64,000 bases of DNA from an uncultured Alphaproteobacteria bacterium (GTDB lineage: Bacteria > Pseudomonadota > Alphaproteobacteria > Rhizobiales > Beijerinckiaceae): assembly GCA_963721905.1 (NCBI GenBank), contig CAVRMF010000002.1, forward strand, positions 1,905-65,904. The letters are read 5' to 3'. Shown here piece after piece: positions 42,037 to 52,140 of the stretch. Numbering within the stretch: the stretch's first letter is position 1; the number at the start of each line of letters is the position of its first letter. The notes beneath the pieces were generated by a model. That model saw only the letters and a program-made list of their open reading frames with translations. It was not told where the DNA came from and did not search any database. The position numbers and the translations under genes are program-made.

Positions 42037-42646
42037 GGTCGATATAGAATGCAAGGACGCGAAAGGCTGGACTGCATTGATTTTAGCCTCTGAGCAGCGA
42101 CGACTTGAGGTCGTGCGGTGGCTGCTCGCCAAAGGGGCGGACAGGAATGCTAAGGCAAGCGATGGCGAGACCGCGCTGATGAAGGCTTCGTCGAAACGCA
42201 GCGCCGATATAGTACGGGCACTACTAGGTACTTTGACCGATGCGGCGAAGCGCGGCGATGCAGCTGCGGTTCAGGCGCTAGTCGCCAGTGGGGCGAACGT
42301 CAACGAGAGTGTAATCCACGCTGATGACACTCCTGGTGAAACTGCACTGATCATAGCAATCGGGCAAGGTCATCGTGATGTGGCGGCCGTCTTGATGGCT
42401 ATGGGGGCGGACATCAACAAAAAGGGTTTCTATCGGAACACGGCTCTCAAGGTAGCATCTGGAATCGGCGACGTAGACTTGGTGCAGGCGTTGCTCGCTA
42501 AGGGGCTCTAAGACGTCTTTGATGATCGCGGCTTCGGAGGGCCATCGCGCAGTGGTGCAAGCACTCCTGGTCAGAGGCGCCGACGTTGACGCGAAATCGA
42601 CGTTCAAATTCAATGCGGGTACGACCGCCCTAATGCTAGCCGCTAG

Positions 42647-44241
42647 CAGCCTGTCGGACTTAACGCCTCGCCTGCGATTACGCTAGAATCAGGCATTGAT
42701 TCGGGCAGGGCGGCGGGCGTTTTTGATGAGCAATTTTCGGACGATCGATCGCGAGACAGGGTTCTTGCTGCCTCCCTCGGTCGACGAATGGCTTCCCGAG
42801 AAACATCTGGCGCGATTTGTCGTGGAGGTTGTCGAAGGGCTCGATCTTCGGGCGATGAGCGGCAGTTACCGCGGTTCCGGGTCGGCGTCGTATCATCCGC
42901 GAATGCTGCTGGGCCTTCTGGTTTACGGCTATGCGACAGGGGTGTTTTCGAGCCGCAAGTTGGAGCGTGCGACCTATGACTCGGTGGCGTTCCGGTTCAT
43001 CGCGGCCAACGATCATCCCGACCACGACACGATCGCGACCTTCAGACGCCGCTTTCTCGCGGAGATCGAAGCTCTGTTCGCTCAAGTGCTGCTGCTGGCG
43101 CGGGAGATGGGCGTTCTGAAGATGGGGACGGTGGCGCTGGACGGCACGAAGATTTATGCCAACGCCAGCCGGCACAGTGCGCTGTCTTATGAACACGCCG
43201 GCAAGATCGAGGCGCAGTTGAAAGCCGAAGTCGCCGATCTGATGGCCAAGGCCGAAGCGGCCGACGCGGCGGACATTCCCGACGGCATGTCGATACCGGA
43301 CGAACTGGCGCGGCGCGAGGAGCGGTTGCGCAAGCTGGCCGAGGCTCGGGCGAAGATCGAGGCGCGGGCCAAGGAACGCCATGCGCGCGAGCAGGCGGAG
43401 CACGAAGCCAAGCTCGCGGCGCGGCAGGCGAAGGCGGAGAGGAGCGGGAAAAAGCCCCGCGGCAAGCCTCCCGAACCTCCGGTCGAGGGGCCGCGCCCGA
43501 ACGACCAGATCAACCTGACCGACGAGGAGTCGCGCATCATGCCGGTGGCCGGCGGCGGCTTCGATCAATGCTACAACGCCCAGGCCGCGGTGGCGGCGGG
43601 AAGTCTGCTGGTGGTGGCGAGCGCCGTGAGCCAGACGCCCAACGACAAGCAGCAACTCGAACCGATGCTGGACAAGATCGAGGCTCTTGCCGACGAACTG
43701 GGCAAGCCCGAATGCCTGCTGGCGGATACGGGCTATTTCAGCGCGGCGAACGTCGCGGCTTGCGACAAGGCGGGGATCGAACCGCTGATCGCCATGGGCC
43801 GTCAGCCGCATCATCCGCCGTTGGCCGAGCGCTTCGAAGCGGCGCCGGAAGCGCCGCAAGATCCAACGCCGGTCGAGGCGATGGCGCATCGGCTGACGAC
43901 GGCGGCAGGCCGGGCGCTTTACGCGCTGCGCAAGCAGATGCCGGAGCCAGTGTTCGGGATCATCAAATCGGCGCTGGGATTCCGTCAATTTTTGCTGCGC
44001 GGCCTCGCGGGCGCGCGCGGCGAATGGAGCCTCGTCACCATGGCCTGGAACATCAAGCGGATGTTCGCCCTCGTCCCGGCCTGACAAGGCTTAGTTGCGC
44101 CCGGCTCGGCAGACAGGTCCCCAGAAAACGGCGATCTCCGGCCCCTTCAACCACTTTCTGCACCCAACCCAACGCCCGGCGCCGCCGCAACCGCCAAAAT
44201 CACTCGCGGCGATCAACCGCAACCCCCAGTCCGACAGGCTG
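42647..44241 (+). mobile_element. IS1182-family element
   Basis: Perfect 14-bp IRs CAGCCTGTCGGACT/AGTCCGACAGGCTG; 4-bp TSD CTAG. Confidence 0.9.
42726..44084 (+). CDS. IS1182-family transposase
   Basis: YHPRMLL, FSSRKLE, PDHDTIATFR, ALDGTKI, LADTGYFS and PEPVFGIIK motifs. Confidence 0.9.
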   Translation: MSNFRTIDRETGFLLPPSVDEWLPEKHLARFVVEVVEGLDLRAMSGSYRGSGSASYHPRMLLGLLVYGYATGVFSSRKLERATYDSVAFRFIAANDHPDHDTIATFRRRFLAEIEALFAQVLLLAREMGVLKMGTVALDGTKIYANASRHSALSYEHAGKIEAQLKAEVADLMAKAEAADAADIPDGMSIPDELARREERLRKLAEARAKIEARAKERHAREQAEHEAKLAARQAKAERSGKKPRGKPPEPPVEGPRPNDQINLTDEESRIMPVAGGGFDQCYNAQAAVAAGSLLVVASAVSQTPNDKQQLEPMLDKIEALADELGKPECLLADTGYFSAANVAACDKAGIEPLIAMGRQPHHPPLAERFEAAPEAPQDPTPVEAMAHRLTTAAGRALYALRKQMPEPVFGIIKSALGFRQFLLRGLAGARGEWSLVTMAWNIKRMFALVPA

Positions 44242-44418
44242 CTAGGGGAGGTCATTTTGAAATAGTGCAGGCACTGCTCGGCAAAGGAGCTGACGTTAAC
44301 GCTAAGGACAGTGAAGGCTCTGGGGTGCTAAATACGACGAGTGACGCCAGGGTCAAGTCTTTACTGGTTCAGGCAGGGGCCAAACCATGACAGCGCCATG
44401 CCAGCGCCGCTTTTGCGG

Positions 44419-44781
44419 TCAGAATACGATGGCTGAAGCAACAGTAGGCGCGCCGATCGTGTCGCCGGGCTTGATGCGGAGATTGACCGCCCACCCCAGT
44501 CGCACCAACGTCCCGTCGTCAGCCAGAGTTTCAACGTGCACGAGCACAGTCCAATTGCATTGATCGTTCGAAGCGTACGTGTGATCATCACTGGAATAGG
44601 AGAAGATTGGAAAATGCAGGTTTGGCAGCCTGTCTTTGACGGCTTGCTGCGCGGCCGAAATCATATTGTCCGGTTTGTAGGAACAGACCTCCGAAATTGG
44701 GTGATGCGAGGCAAGACCAACGCTCAGCATCGCGACGCCGACGATTGGGCCTACGCCAAGCAGTGTGGCGCCTAGTCTCAT
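44419..44781 (-). CDS. Hypothetical exported or anchored protein
   Basis: 120-aa ORF with a hydrophobic N-terminus; lower GC. Confidence 0.4.
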   Translation of the reverse strand: MRLGATLLGVGPIVGVAMLSVGLASHHPISEVCSYKPDNMISAAQQAVKDRLPNLHFPIFSYSSDDHTYASNDQCNWTVLVHVETLADDGTLVRLGWAVNLRIKPGDTIGAPTVASAIVF

Positions 44782-45139
44782 AAGAGTGGCCTTCGAACTT
44801 AAAACATCCGAAGGCTAACCCAATGGCTTTGCATTCGCCGCAAGAGAATCGATCAAATTTGAGCAGTTCCGCTCGACCGCACAAGCGTCGAGTGTCAAGG
44901 ATTTGGATGGATTTTCCGCGTCGTTGGAACAAAGGGTGGGTAACTCGACTGATCGGTGGACCTCGACACCAGGATCAAGACCTTCCGCGCCGAGAAGCGG
45001 CTTGGGCCGCACAACCGGCTCCACGTCGTGTCATTGTTGCCGTCTCAATGAGCCGGCAAGGCAGCGTCATCGACACCTGGAGGTGGTCGCGCTTCGAGGG
45101 CTGCTGGGGTTGCGCCGCGCGTTTTCACGCACGGCGGTC

Positions 45140-45406
45140 TCACCGATACGGCCAGCAGGACGGCTCGGCGCGCCTCACGAGTTTGCAGGCGCCGGCGCGG
45201 GCCGTGAAGGGCGCGAGATTGCGGGGGTGGAGAGAATGGAGCCAAAGCCAGTCGCTCCAGGTCCCGATTACCCTACAGTCGTCAGGATTGTCCCCGCAAC
45301 GCACGGTGTCGCCTTCCTGTACGGGTTGGCTGTCATGGAGGGGTTGGCTGTAGGCCGAATCGTCAAATGCCGCAACGGTTGCGTCATACTGGGCAACAGA
45401 CGTCAT
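45140..45406 (-). CDS. Small hypothetical protein
   Basis: AGGA RBS, ATG at 45406, globular-looking 88 aa. Confidence 0.35.
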   Translation of the reverse strand: MTSVAQYDATVAAFDDSAYSQPLHDSQPVQEGDTVRCGDNPDDCRVIGTWSDWLWLHSLHPRNLAPFTARAGACKLVRRAEPSCWPYR

Positions 45407-46019
45407 GGGTTCTGTTCCTGCTTCAAGAGCTGGCCAAAATGCCGCACCAGGCTTGGGAAGCGGCCTCGCCCGGTGCTTTGCGGGGCCCCGCACCGGCCGC
45501 AGGCGATGCGGCCGGCCGCAGCCGATGCGGGGCGAGACCGAGCGCGCTTGCCGGAATGGGCAGCGTTGCGCGCGAGGCTCGTTAGAATGCGGCCGCCCGC
45601 GGTGTGAGATCAAGTCGGCAAAAATCGGTATGGCGTAATCCTTTCGGTCGCACGATGCGGCGTTGCCACGGCGCGCGGCCGACGGCGAGCGAGGTAGTGC
45701 GGACTCCGGTGAAATCGGCTCTTAAAACTCGTTCCCGATTTCCCGGTTCTCGAAAGGTCGTGAACCAGCGACTTTCGAGTGGTGCAGAGGTCAAAATTGC
45801 TTCGGGTTATACAGGCCGAAACATCAAGCGGGTCAGCGAGGCCCGCTCGCCGCCCTTTGCGGCTCATCGTTGGCTGTCGAAAAAATTGGGCGCTCGTTGT
45901 CGTCCGCTTGATTTTTGTCGCGCTTCCCGCGATTCTTATGTTTGAAGACGCGGGGCTCGAGCCGTAAGGCCGGCCTTGGACCCCTCGCGCCTGGCCAGAG
46001 AGGAACGTCCGAAAGCCGG

Positions 46020-46481
46020 ATGAACAACCCCGTCTCAAATCCCACTCAACCCTATCGCAGCCTGCTCGCCGGATATACGGAAGCGATCCGGGCGAGTGAT
46101 TTGAAGGCGAACATCGCGTTTCTTTTCGTTGCGTTCATGATGGGCTCGGTCCTCTATAACTATACCAGCTTTCCACCTTACCTGCCGATCCATATCGTCT
46201 TGATGCCGTTCCTAGTCGTCTACTTTTGTTTGTTCGCGGTGCTCCTTCCGCGCTATCCCAAGCGCGGCGCCAAGAACTTTCTCGTTTCACGTAACCTGAC
46301 GCCGGCCGATTTCGAAAACGTCGTCGAAACAGAGGACAGCCTCGACCAGTTGAAGCTGCGCTGCGCAGTGTTCTCGGATATTCTTTGGTGGAAAACGCTG
46401 TTTCTCCGCACCAGCCTTATCGTGTCGATTGTCTGCGTTTTCGTAACCCTCATTCTGTTGTATTACGCTTGGCTTAGCTAA
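46020..46481 (+). CDS. Pycsar-effector-like (DUF5706/PycTM) membrane protein, copy 1
   Basis: IRASDLKANIAFLF, TM1-TM2, LLPRY, then FSDILWWK before TM3. Confidence 0.7.
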   Translation: MNNPVSNPTQPYRSLLAGYTEAIRASDLKANIAFLFVAFMMGSVLYNYTSFPPYLPIHIVLMPFLVVYFCLFAVLLPRYPKRGAKNFLVSRNLTPADFENVVETEDSLDQLKLRCAVFSDILWWKTLFLRTSLIVSIVCVFVTLILLYYAWLS

Positions 46482-46519
46482 TTCCGAAGCGCGCGCATCG
46501 GGCCGAGTTGGAGCGTTTG

Positions 46520-46969
46520 ATGGCCAAAGACAGAAACACGCGGTTGCGCAATCTCATCTCCGGCTACAGCGACTCGATCCGCCTCAGCGACATCAAGGCC
46601 CTCATCGCGGTGCTATTCGTGGCGATCATGATGGGAACGGCTCTGCAGTTCCGCGCACTCTATCCGTGGTACCTGAAGGCGCCGGTCATCCTGACGCCGT
46701 TCATGATCATTTTTCTTAACTTGCTGATCTCGATTTATCCGCGATTTCCCCGCGCCGGTCGGCAGCGCTTCCCGATCCGGCGCAATCCGGATCCGGAGGA
46801 TTTCGACTTCATCGCCGACACTGAGGCCGAAATCGAGGGGCTCCCCGCGCGGTGCGCCCTTCTGTCGCGTATCCTCTGGTGGAAGACCACCACGCTGCTG
46901 GCGGCCAATGTTGTGGCGATGGCCTGCCTTGCGGCGGCTGCGATCCTGCTCATTGTCGGACACCTCTGA
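46520..46969 (+). CDS. Pycsar-effector-like (DUF5706/PycTM) membrane protein, copy 2
   Basis: IRLSDIKALIAVLF, IYPRF and LSRILWWK motifs; same architecture as copy 1. Confidence 0.7.
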   Translation: MAKDRNTRLRNLISGYSDSIRLSDIKALIAVLFVAIMMGTALQFRALYPWYLKAPVILTPFMIIFLNLLISIYPRFPRAGRQRFPIRRNPDPEDFDFIADTEAEIEGLPARCALLSRILWWKTTTLLAANVVAMACLAAAAILLIVGHL

Positions 46970-47171
46970 GCGCTGCCGGCCGTCTCTTGGGCGGGAACCA
47001 AGCGCCGGATTTTGTTCAAGTGCACTCATCGGCCCAACGCTGATCGGTCCACGATGGCGCGGTCAGTCCGCAAAAAACGCTCTCACCGCCGCATTTCGAG
47101 TCCCCGCCCGCAAACGCGGGCAGTCGGGACGGCGCCCGGCTCCTGCGAGGCCGAGGCAGGCTTCGCCTCTC

Positions 47172-47939
47172 TTATTCGCCGGCGCCGAGGTCTGGGTCGT
47201 TGTAGGTCAGCGGCGCCACGCGGTAGCGCGGGTCTTTTTTAAGCTCAGCGTATTCCTCGGCCGTCAAAGGTCTCGTGCTGTTCGTGTCGCTAAAAAAGGT
47301 GACGTTTTTAGCCTGGGGAGGCGGTGTCTCTCCAGCGTTCAGGTAGTGTGCAAGGATAGTCGTTTCGTAATTGATCGTGGGGAGCGGAGCGCGGGCTATT
47401 GGCGCTTTGGTGGCGCGCAGGTGGGTCCACAGGGCGCGGTCTGCAAAATAGGCTTTGCCGCGATCGGCGAAGCACAGGGGGCGAAGTCGGACCAGCGCCT
47501 CTTTGGTGAAGAGATAACAGTTGCAGTCGTTGAAATGGACGCCATCGCTTTCAGTGCAAACGCCCATGAGGCTCTCGTCGAGACGGCGGAGGTAGCGGGG
47601 GCAGGTGATGATTTCGGCGCCTGTCTGGCGCTGGGTGAGCGCCATCTGTTCGATGTGGTTTGGTTCGAGCCAGCAATCGGCGTCGAGGAGCAAGTAGCCG
47701 TCGTAGTTAAGGGCGGATGCGGCGAGCAGGCCAATCATTCGAGGCGTGTAGCCGGTGTCGTTTTGCGGTATTGGCAGTCGAATGTGGGTCACGGGCCAAT
47801 TGTCGACTGCTGGATTGGGATGGCCGTCGGCAACCATGACGTGGGCGGCGGGGATGGTTTGGGCTTTGACGCTAGCGTGGCAACGCCAGAGTTTCTCTGT
47901 GGGCTCTTTGTAATATGGCGTTATGACAGCATATATCAT
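47172..47939 (-). CDS. GT-A fold glycosyltransferase (GT2-like)
   Basis: AVITPYY, VMVADG and LLDAD (DxD) motifs. Confidence 0.75.
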   Translation of the reverse strand: MIYAVITPYYKEPTEKLWRCHASVKAQTIPAAHVMVADGHPNPAVDNWPVTHIRLPIPQNDTGYTPRMIGLLAASALNYDGYLLLDADCWLEPNHIEQMALTQRQTGAEIITCPRYLRRLDESLMGVCTESDGVHFNDCNCYLFTKEALVRLRPLCFADRGKAYFADRALWTHLRATKAPIARAPLPTINYETTILAHYLNAGETPPPQAKNVTFFSDTNSTRPLTAEEYAELKKDPRYRVAPLTYNDPDLGAGE

Positions 47940-48051
47940 GATCGCTCTTTTTGGCCGGGGTTGCCGCCTGCGCTGCTGTGATCCGCATGACCTTGACGGC
48001 GTTGCCGATCACGTCGGGGGAGGCGCTCGCCTCTAGGGCCGCGAGGCATCT

Positions 48052-48321
48052 CTAAATCCTGGGGAAGCCCGGCGGAGGGTAACTATCGGATCCCTGTTGT
48101 CCACGCCAAGGCGTCAACTGGTGTAGGTACCAGTCCTCAACCTGTTGTTTTTGGTCGTCCGACAGGAGATGAACGATCCCGGAAATCACGTCAACAGCGC
48201 CTTGAGCGTAGCCGCGTCCATAAGTTTTCTCTTCTCCTCGGCTCCGATCATCAAACAGCTCCCGCTTCCCGCCCGGCGTACCACGGGACATTGGGGAGGC
48301 GCGAACGCGCGTCAAGCCCAT
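48052..48321 (-). CDS. Small hypothetical protein
   Basis: ORF only; amphipathic YGRGYAQGAVDVISGIVHLL. Confidence 0.35.
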   Translation of the reverse strand: MGLTRVRASPMSRGTPGGKRELFDDRSRGEEKTYGRGYAQGAVDVISGIVHLLSDDQKQQVEDWYLHQLTPWRGQQGSDSYPPPGFPRI

Positions 48322-48507
48322 AAAATCTCAAACTGGAGACACTTCCCGGCCCGGGCGTCTAATCCGCTCGCGCGGTCCTCTCGCGAAGGCGATTCAGCCG
48401 GATTGTTTAGCACAATTCTGCACAGCTGCCGCGCGTCACGCCGCATTGCTGCGCGCGAAAGCCTGGGGCATAAGACCTGCAACCACGCATTCGCCAGGGA
48501 GCGGAAC

Positions 48508-50004
48508 ATGATCGAGTATGGGCATTTCATCGGCGGCAAGCATGTCGCCGGCAAGTCGGGGCGCACCGCTGAAGTCTTCCAGCCGATGGACGGCACGGTG
48601 CGCGCGCATGTCGCGCTCGCCTCCAAGGCCGAGGTCCGCGCCGCGGTCGAGAACGGCGCCGCCGCTCAAGTCGGCTGGGCTGCGACCAATCCGCAGCGCC
48701 GCGCCCGCGTCCTGATGAAGTTCCTCGATCTCATCTCCAGGAACAACGATGAACTCGCCGACATTCTCGCGCGCGAGCACGGCAAGACGATCGCCGACGC
48801 CAAGGGCGACATCCAGCGCGGCGTCGAAGTGGTGGAATTCGCGCTCGGCGTCCCGCATCTGATGAAAGGCGAATATACCGACGGCGCCGGCCCCGGCATC
48901 GATCTCTATTCGATGCGGCAGCCGCTCGGCGTCGTCTGCGGCATCACCCCGTTCAACTTCCCGGCGATGATCCCTTTATGGAAGCTCGCGCCGGCGATCG
49001 CCTGCGGCAACGCCTTCATCCTGAAGCCGTCCGAGCGCGATCCGGGCGTGCCGATGCGGCTTGGCGAACTCTTTGTCGAGGCGGGCGGGCCTCCCGGCAT
49101 CCTCAACGTCGTCAACGGCGACAAGGAAGCGGTCGACGCGATCCTCGACGATCCGGACATCCAGGCGATCGGCTTCGTCGGCTCGACCCCGATCGCGCAT
49201 TACATCTATTCGCGCGGCACGGCCAACGGCAAGCGCGTGCAATGCTTCGGCGGCGCCAAGAACCATATGGTGGTGATGCCGGACGCCGACATGGACCAGA
49301 CGGTCGACGCGCTGATCGGCGCGGGCTACGGCTCGGCCGGCGAACGCTGCATGGCGATTTCGGTCGCGGTGCCGGTCGGCCAGAAGACGGCGGACGAGCT
49401 CGTGAAGCGGCTGACCCCGCGCGTTGAGTCGCTTAAGATCGGTCCTTCGACCGACGCTTCCGCCGACTATGGTCCGCTGGTCACCAAGGCGGCGCTCGAC
49501 AAGGTGCGCGGCTATGTCGATATCGGCGTCAAGGAAGGCGCCGAGCTCGTCGTCGACGGGCGCGACTTCAAGATGCAGGGCTACGAGAACGGCTTCTACA
49601 TGGGCGGCTGCCTGTTCGACCATGTGACCAAGGACATGCGCATCTACAAGGAAGAGATCTTCGGCCCGGTGCTGTCGGTCGTCCGCGCGCACGACTATCA
49701 GGAAGCGCTCGGCCTCTGCAACGATCACGAATATGGCAACGGCGTTGCGATCTACACCCGCGACGGCGACGCGGCGCGCGACTTCGCCAGCCGCGTCAAG
49801 GTCGGCATGGTCGGCGTCAACGTGCCGATCCCGGTGCCCGTCGCCTACTACACCTTCGGCGGCTGGAAGCGCTCCGGCTTCGGCGACCTCAACCAGCACG
49901 GGCCCGATTCGATCCGCTTCTATACCCGCACCAAGACCGTGACCGCGCGCTGGCCGTCGGGCATCAAGGACGGCGCGCAGTTCAGCATCCCGACGATGAA
50001 CTGA
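48508..50004 (+). CDS. mmsA: CoA-acylating (methyl)malonate-semialdehyde dehydrogenase
   Basis: GITPFNFPAM, KPSERDP, GGAKNH, GERCMA and EEIFGPV motifs. Confidence 0.92.
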   Translation: MIEYGHFIGGKHVAGKSGRTAEVFQPMDGTVRAHVALASKAEVRAAVENGAAAQVGWAATNPQRRARVLMKFLDLISRNNDELADILAREHGKTIADAKGDIQRGVEVVEFALGVPHLMKGEYTDGAGPGIDLYSMRQPLGVVCGITPFNFPAMIPLWKLAPAIACGNAFILKPSERDPGVPMRLGELFVEAGGPPGILNVVNGDKEAVDAILDDPDIQAIGFVGSTPIAHYIYSRGTANGKRVQCFGGAKNHMVVMPDADMDQTVDALIGAGYGSAGERCMAISVAVPVGQKTADELVKRLTPRVESLKIGPSTDASADYGPLVTKAALDKVRGYVDIGVKEGAELVVDGRDFKMQGYENGFYMGGCLFDHVTKDMRIYKEEIFGPVLSVVRAHDYQEALGLCNDHEYGNGVAIYTRDGDAARDFASRVKVGMVGVNVPIPVPVAYYTFGGWKRSGFGDLNQHGPDSIRFYTRTKTVTARWPSGIKDGAQFSIPTMN

Positions 50005-50022
50005 GGCCTGTAGCCGCAGTCG

Positions 50023-50614
50023 ATGACCGCGGCTCCCGGGCTGCCGCTCGGCAGCCAGTCCGCGCTCGCCGAGCCCACGGCGCTGAAACACATGACGTCG
50101 GACGATCTGGGTCGAGGGGAAGGAAGGCCGGTGGGAGTTGCATGACGGCGCGCCGGTTATGATGTCGCCGGAGCGCGTTCTGCACGGGGACACGAAAGGC
50201 GAGGCCTATGCCGCGCTGAGAGATGCTGTTCGTCGCGCGGGACTGCCCTTCAAGGTCTATCCCGACGGAGTCGCGGTCCGTATCGACGCCAAGACAAACT
50301 ATCAGCCCGACGTTTCGGTCAGTCGCGGTCCGCGGCCCCCGGCGGACGCTCAAGCGATCACGGACCCGATCATCGTCGTCGAAGTCCTCTCGCCCAGCAC
50401 GGCGGCGATCGATCACCGGCGCAAGCTCAGCAGCTATTTCTGGCTGCAGAGCGTTGAGCATTATGTCATTCTCGATCCCGAGCGCCGGGTCGTTATCCAT
50501 CACAAGCGCGGGCAGGGCAGAGCGATCGAGACGCGCGTTTTGTCGAACGGATTGGCGAGGCTCGACCCGCCCGGGTTTGAGTTGGCGGTCGAGGCGCTGC
50601 TTCCCGCGCCCTGA
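50023..50614 (+). pseudogene. Uma2-family endonuclease-like protein, frameshifted near 50105
   Basis: KHMTSD and W.EGKEGRWELHDG fall in different frames; QPDV and VVEVLSPST motifs. Confidence 0.7.
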
Positions 50615-50672
50615 GGGGCCGAGCCGAAAATCACTCGCGCGATCGCGTGCGGCGCGGCGGCGACAACAAGGC

Positions 50673-51539
50673 CTACGGCGCCTGGTCCGGCTCTGGCGCG
50701 TGAGGTCGCTCCGGCGGCACCCCGTTCACTCGAAGGCTTCGCAGATCGGCCGCGACGATTTTATCGACTTCAGCCTGTTGGAGATGAAGATCGCCGCGGG
50801 CCGCCATCAGCATGCGGCCGGCGAGCTTGTCGAATCGGCCGGCGCCGATTTCGACGCTGAGGCGCGCGGCAAGCGTCGGCGGCACGTTGACGCTGGCCCC
50901 AAACAGGCGCGGGATGTTGGGCAGATGCGTCCGGCCAGCCTCGCTCTTGAGCTGATATTCGGTCATCGCGGTTCGCACTAGGCCCGGGTCCATCGCGAAC
51001 ATGAGCACGCCGCTGCCGGTCAGCGTATCCGAGACGCATTCCGTGAAGCGGAGGAGGCCCGCCTTGCTGGTTGCGTAGCCGGAGCCGTTGGGAAAGGACG
51101 TCGCCGTCCCGCCGCCCGTCATGTTGATGATGCGGCCGCGCCCGCGCGCCATCATCGCCGGTATCGCCGTCCGGCAACAGTTGAAGGTCCCCCGGACATT
51201 GATCTCGATGTCGCGCCACCAGGCTTCCGCATCGACCGCCCAGATCGGGCCGATCGCGACGAACGAGCCCGCGTTGTTGGTGAGCAGGCTGACCGGGCCG
51301 ACGTCGACTTCGATTGCTGCGAATGTCTTCGCGACGGCGTCGAGGTCGACGATGTCGACAGCGAAGGCGCGCGCGATCCCGCCCTCCGCTGCAATGGCTT
51401 CCGCCGCAGTCTCGATCTCGGCCGCCGTTCTCGCCAGCAAAGCGACCTTCGCGCCTTCCTTGGCCTGCGCCAGCGCAATCGCTCGGCCGATCCCACGCCC
51501 AGCTCCGGTGACGACGGCGACTTGGCCAGCGAGCTTCAT
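50673..51539 (-). CDS. SDR oxidoreductase
   Basis: TGAGRGIG, NNAG and YATSK motifs. Confidence 0.88.
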   Translation of the reverse strand: MKLAGQVAVVTGAGRGIGRAIALAQAKEGAKVALLARTAAEIETAAEAIAAEGGIARAFAVDIVDLDAVAKTFAAIEVDVGPVSLLTNNAGSFVAIGPIWAVDAEAWWRDIEINVRGTFNCCRTAIPAMMARGRGRIINMTGGGTATSFPNGSGYATSKAGLLRFTECVSDTLTGSGVLMFAMDPGLVRTAMTEYQLKSEAGRTHLPNIPRLFGASVNVPPTLAARLSVEIGAGRFDKLAGRMLMAARGDLHLQQAEVDKIVAADLRSLRVNGVPPERPHAPEPDQAP

Positions 51540-51678
51540 GTGACAACCTCATTCCGGAGAGCGATCACGAAAATGTCCCTTTTTTAGAATTTTTAGTGGA
51601 GGGCTGATGTTGCCTTGCGCCTCGGATCAGCAGGGTCGGCGTGACGCTCCCGCTGGTTAGCGAAGAAGGCTCGCTTGG

Positions 51679-52023
51679 TCAGAACCGGAAGAGCGGGAAT
51701 CCGGGATTGTCGGGGCGGCCGAGCGCCTCCCGGCCTCGCAAGCCCAGAAATGTCCCCTCGACCGGCGCCGGCTGGTCAAATGTGTCGATCACGTAGTTGT
51801 TTGTGGAGGTGACTGCGGGAGCCGCGACGCCGCCGAGCGTCAGATAGGACGGCGTCGCCTTGTGCACGGTGATTTGGCGGCCCTCGGGCTCGATCTTTTT
51901 CCTGGCGTGATGTTTCGCTCGCGCATGGATCGTCGGCGTCAGCGTCGTCTGCGCATCCGCCGAAGGCGCGGCGAGCGCGAGGGCGATGAGCGCGGCGCCC
52001 ATCAACTGAACCGAACGAACCAT
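51679..52023 (-). CDS. Hypothetical secreted protein
   Basis: Signal peptide AALIALALAAPSADA. Confidence 0.55.
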   Translation of the reverse strand: MVRSVQLMGAALIALALAAPSADAQTTLTPTIHARAKHHARKKIEPEGRQITVHKATPSYLTLGGVAAPAVTSTNNYVIDTFDQPAPVEGTFLGLRGREALGRPDNPGFPLFRF

Positions 52024-52140
52024 GATCCTAGCCCTCCGCCCGCTCAAACGCGCTACCCGAAACCTTCAATGGCCATGCGCCGACGCGCGCGGGCCTCCGC
52101 ATTGCCCCGGCTCAAGCAGAAAATCAAGAACAGCGGCCCG

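Larger units (their letters stand above)
39478..44390 (+). pseudogene. Ankyrin-repeat gene split by IS5, IS4 and IS1182 insertions plus an internal deletion; start uncertain
   Basis: Pieces ending 39561, 40511-40769, 42045-42646 and 44246-44390 rejoin in frame across each TSD. Repeats include KGWTALILAS, GETALMKAS, GETALIIAI, NTALKVAS, KTSLMIAAS and GTTALMLAA. Confidence 0.8.

Noticed and set aside
44790-45140. Several short overlapping ORFs
   Set aside because: No RBS or recognisable motif; could not choose a frame
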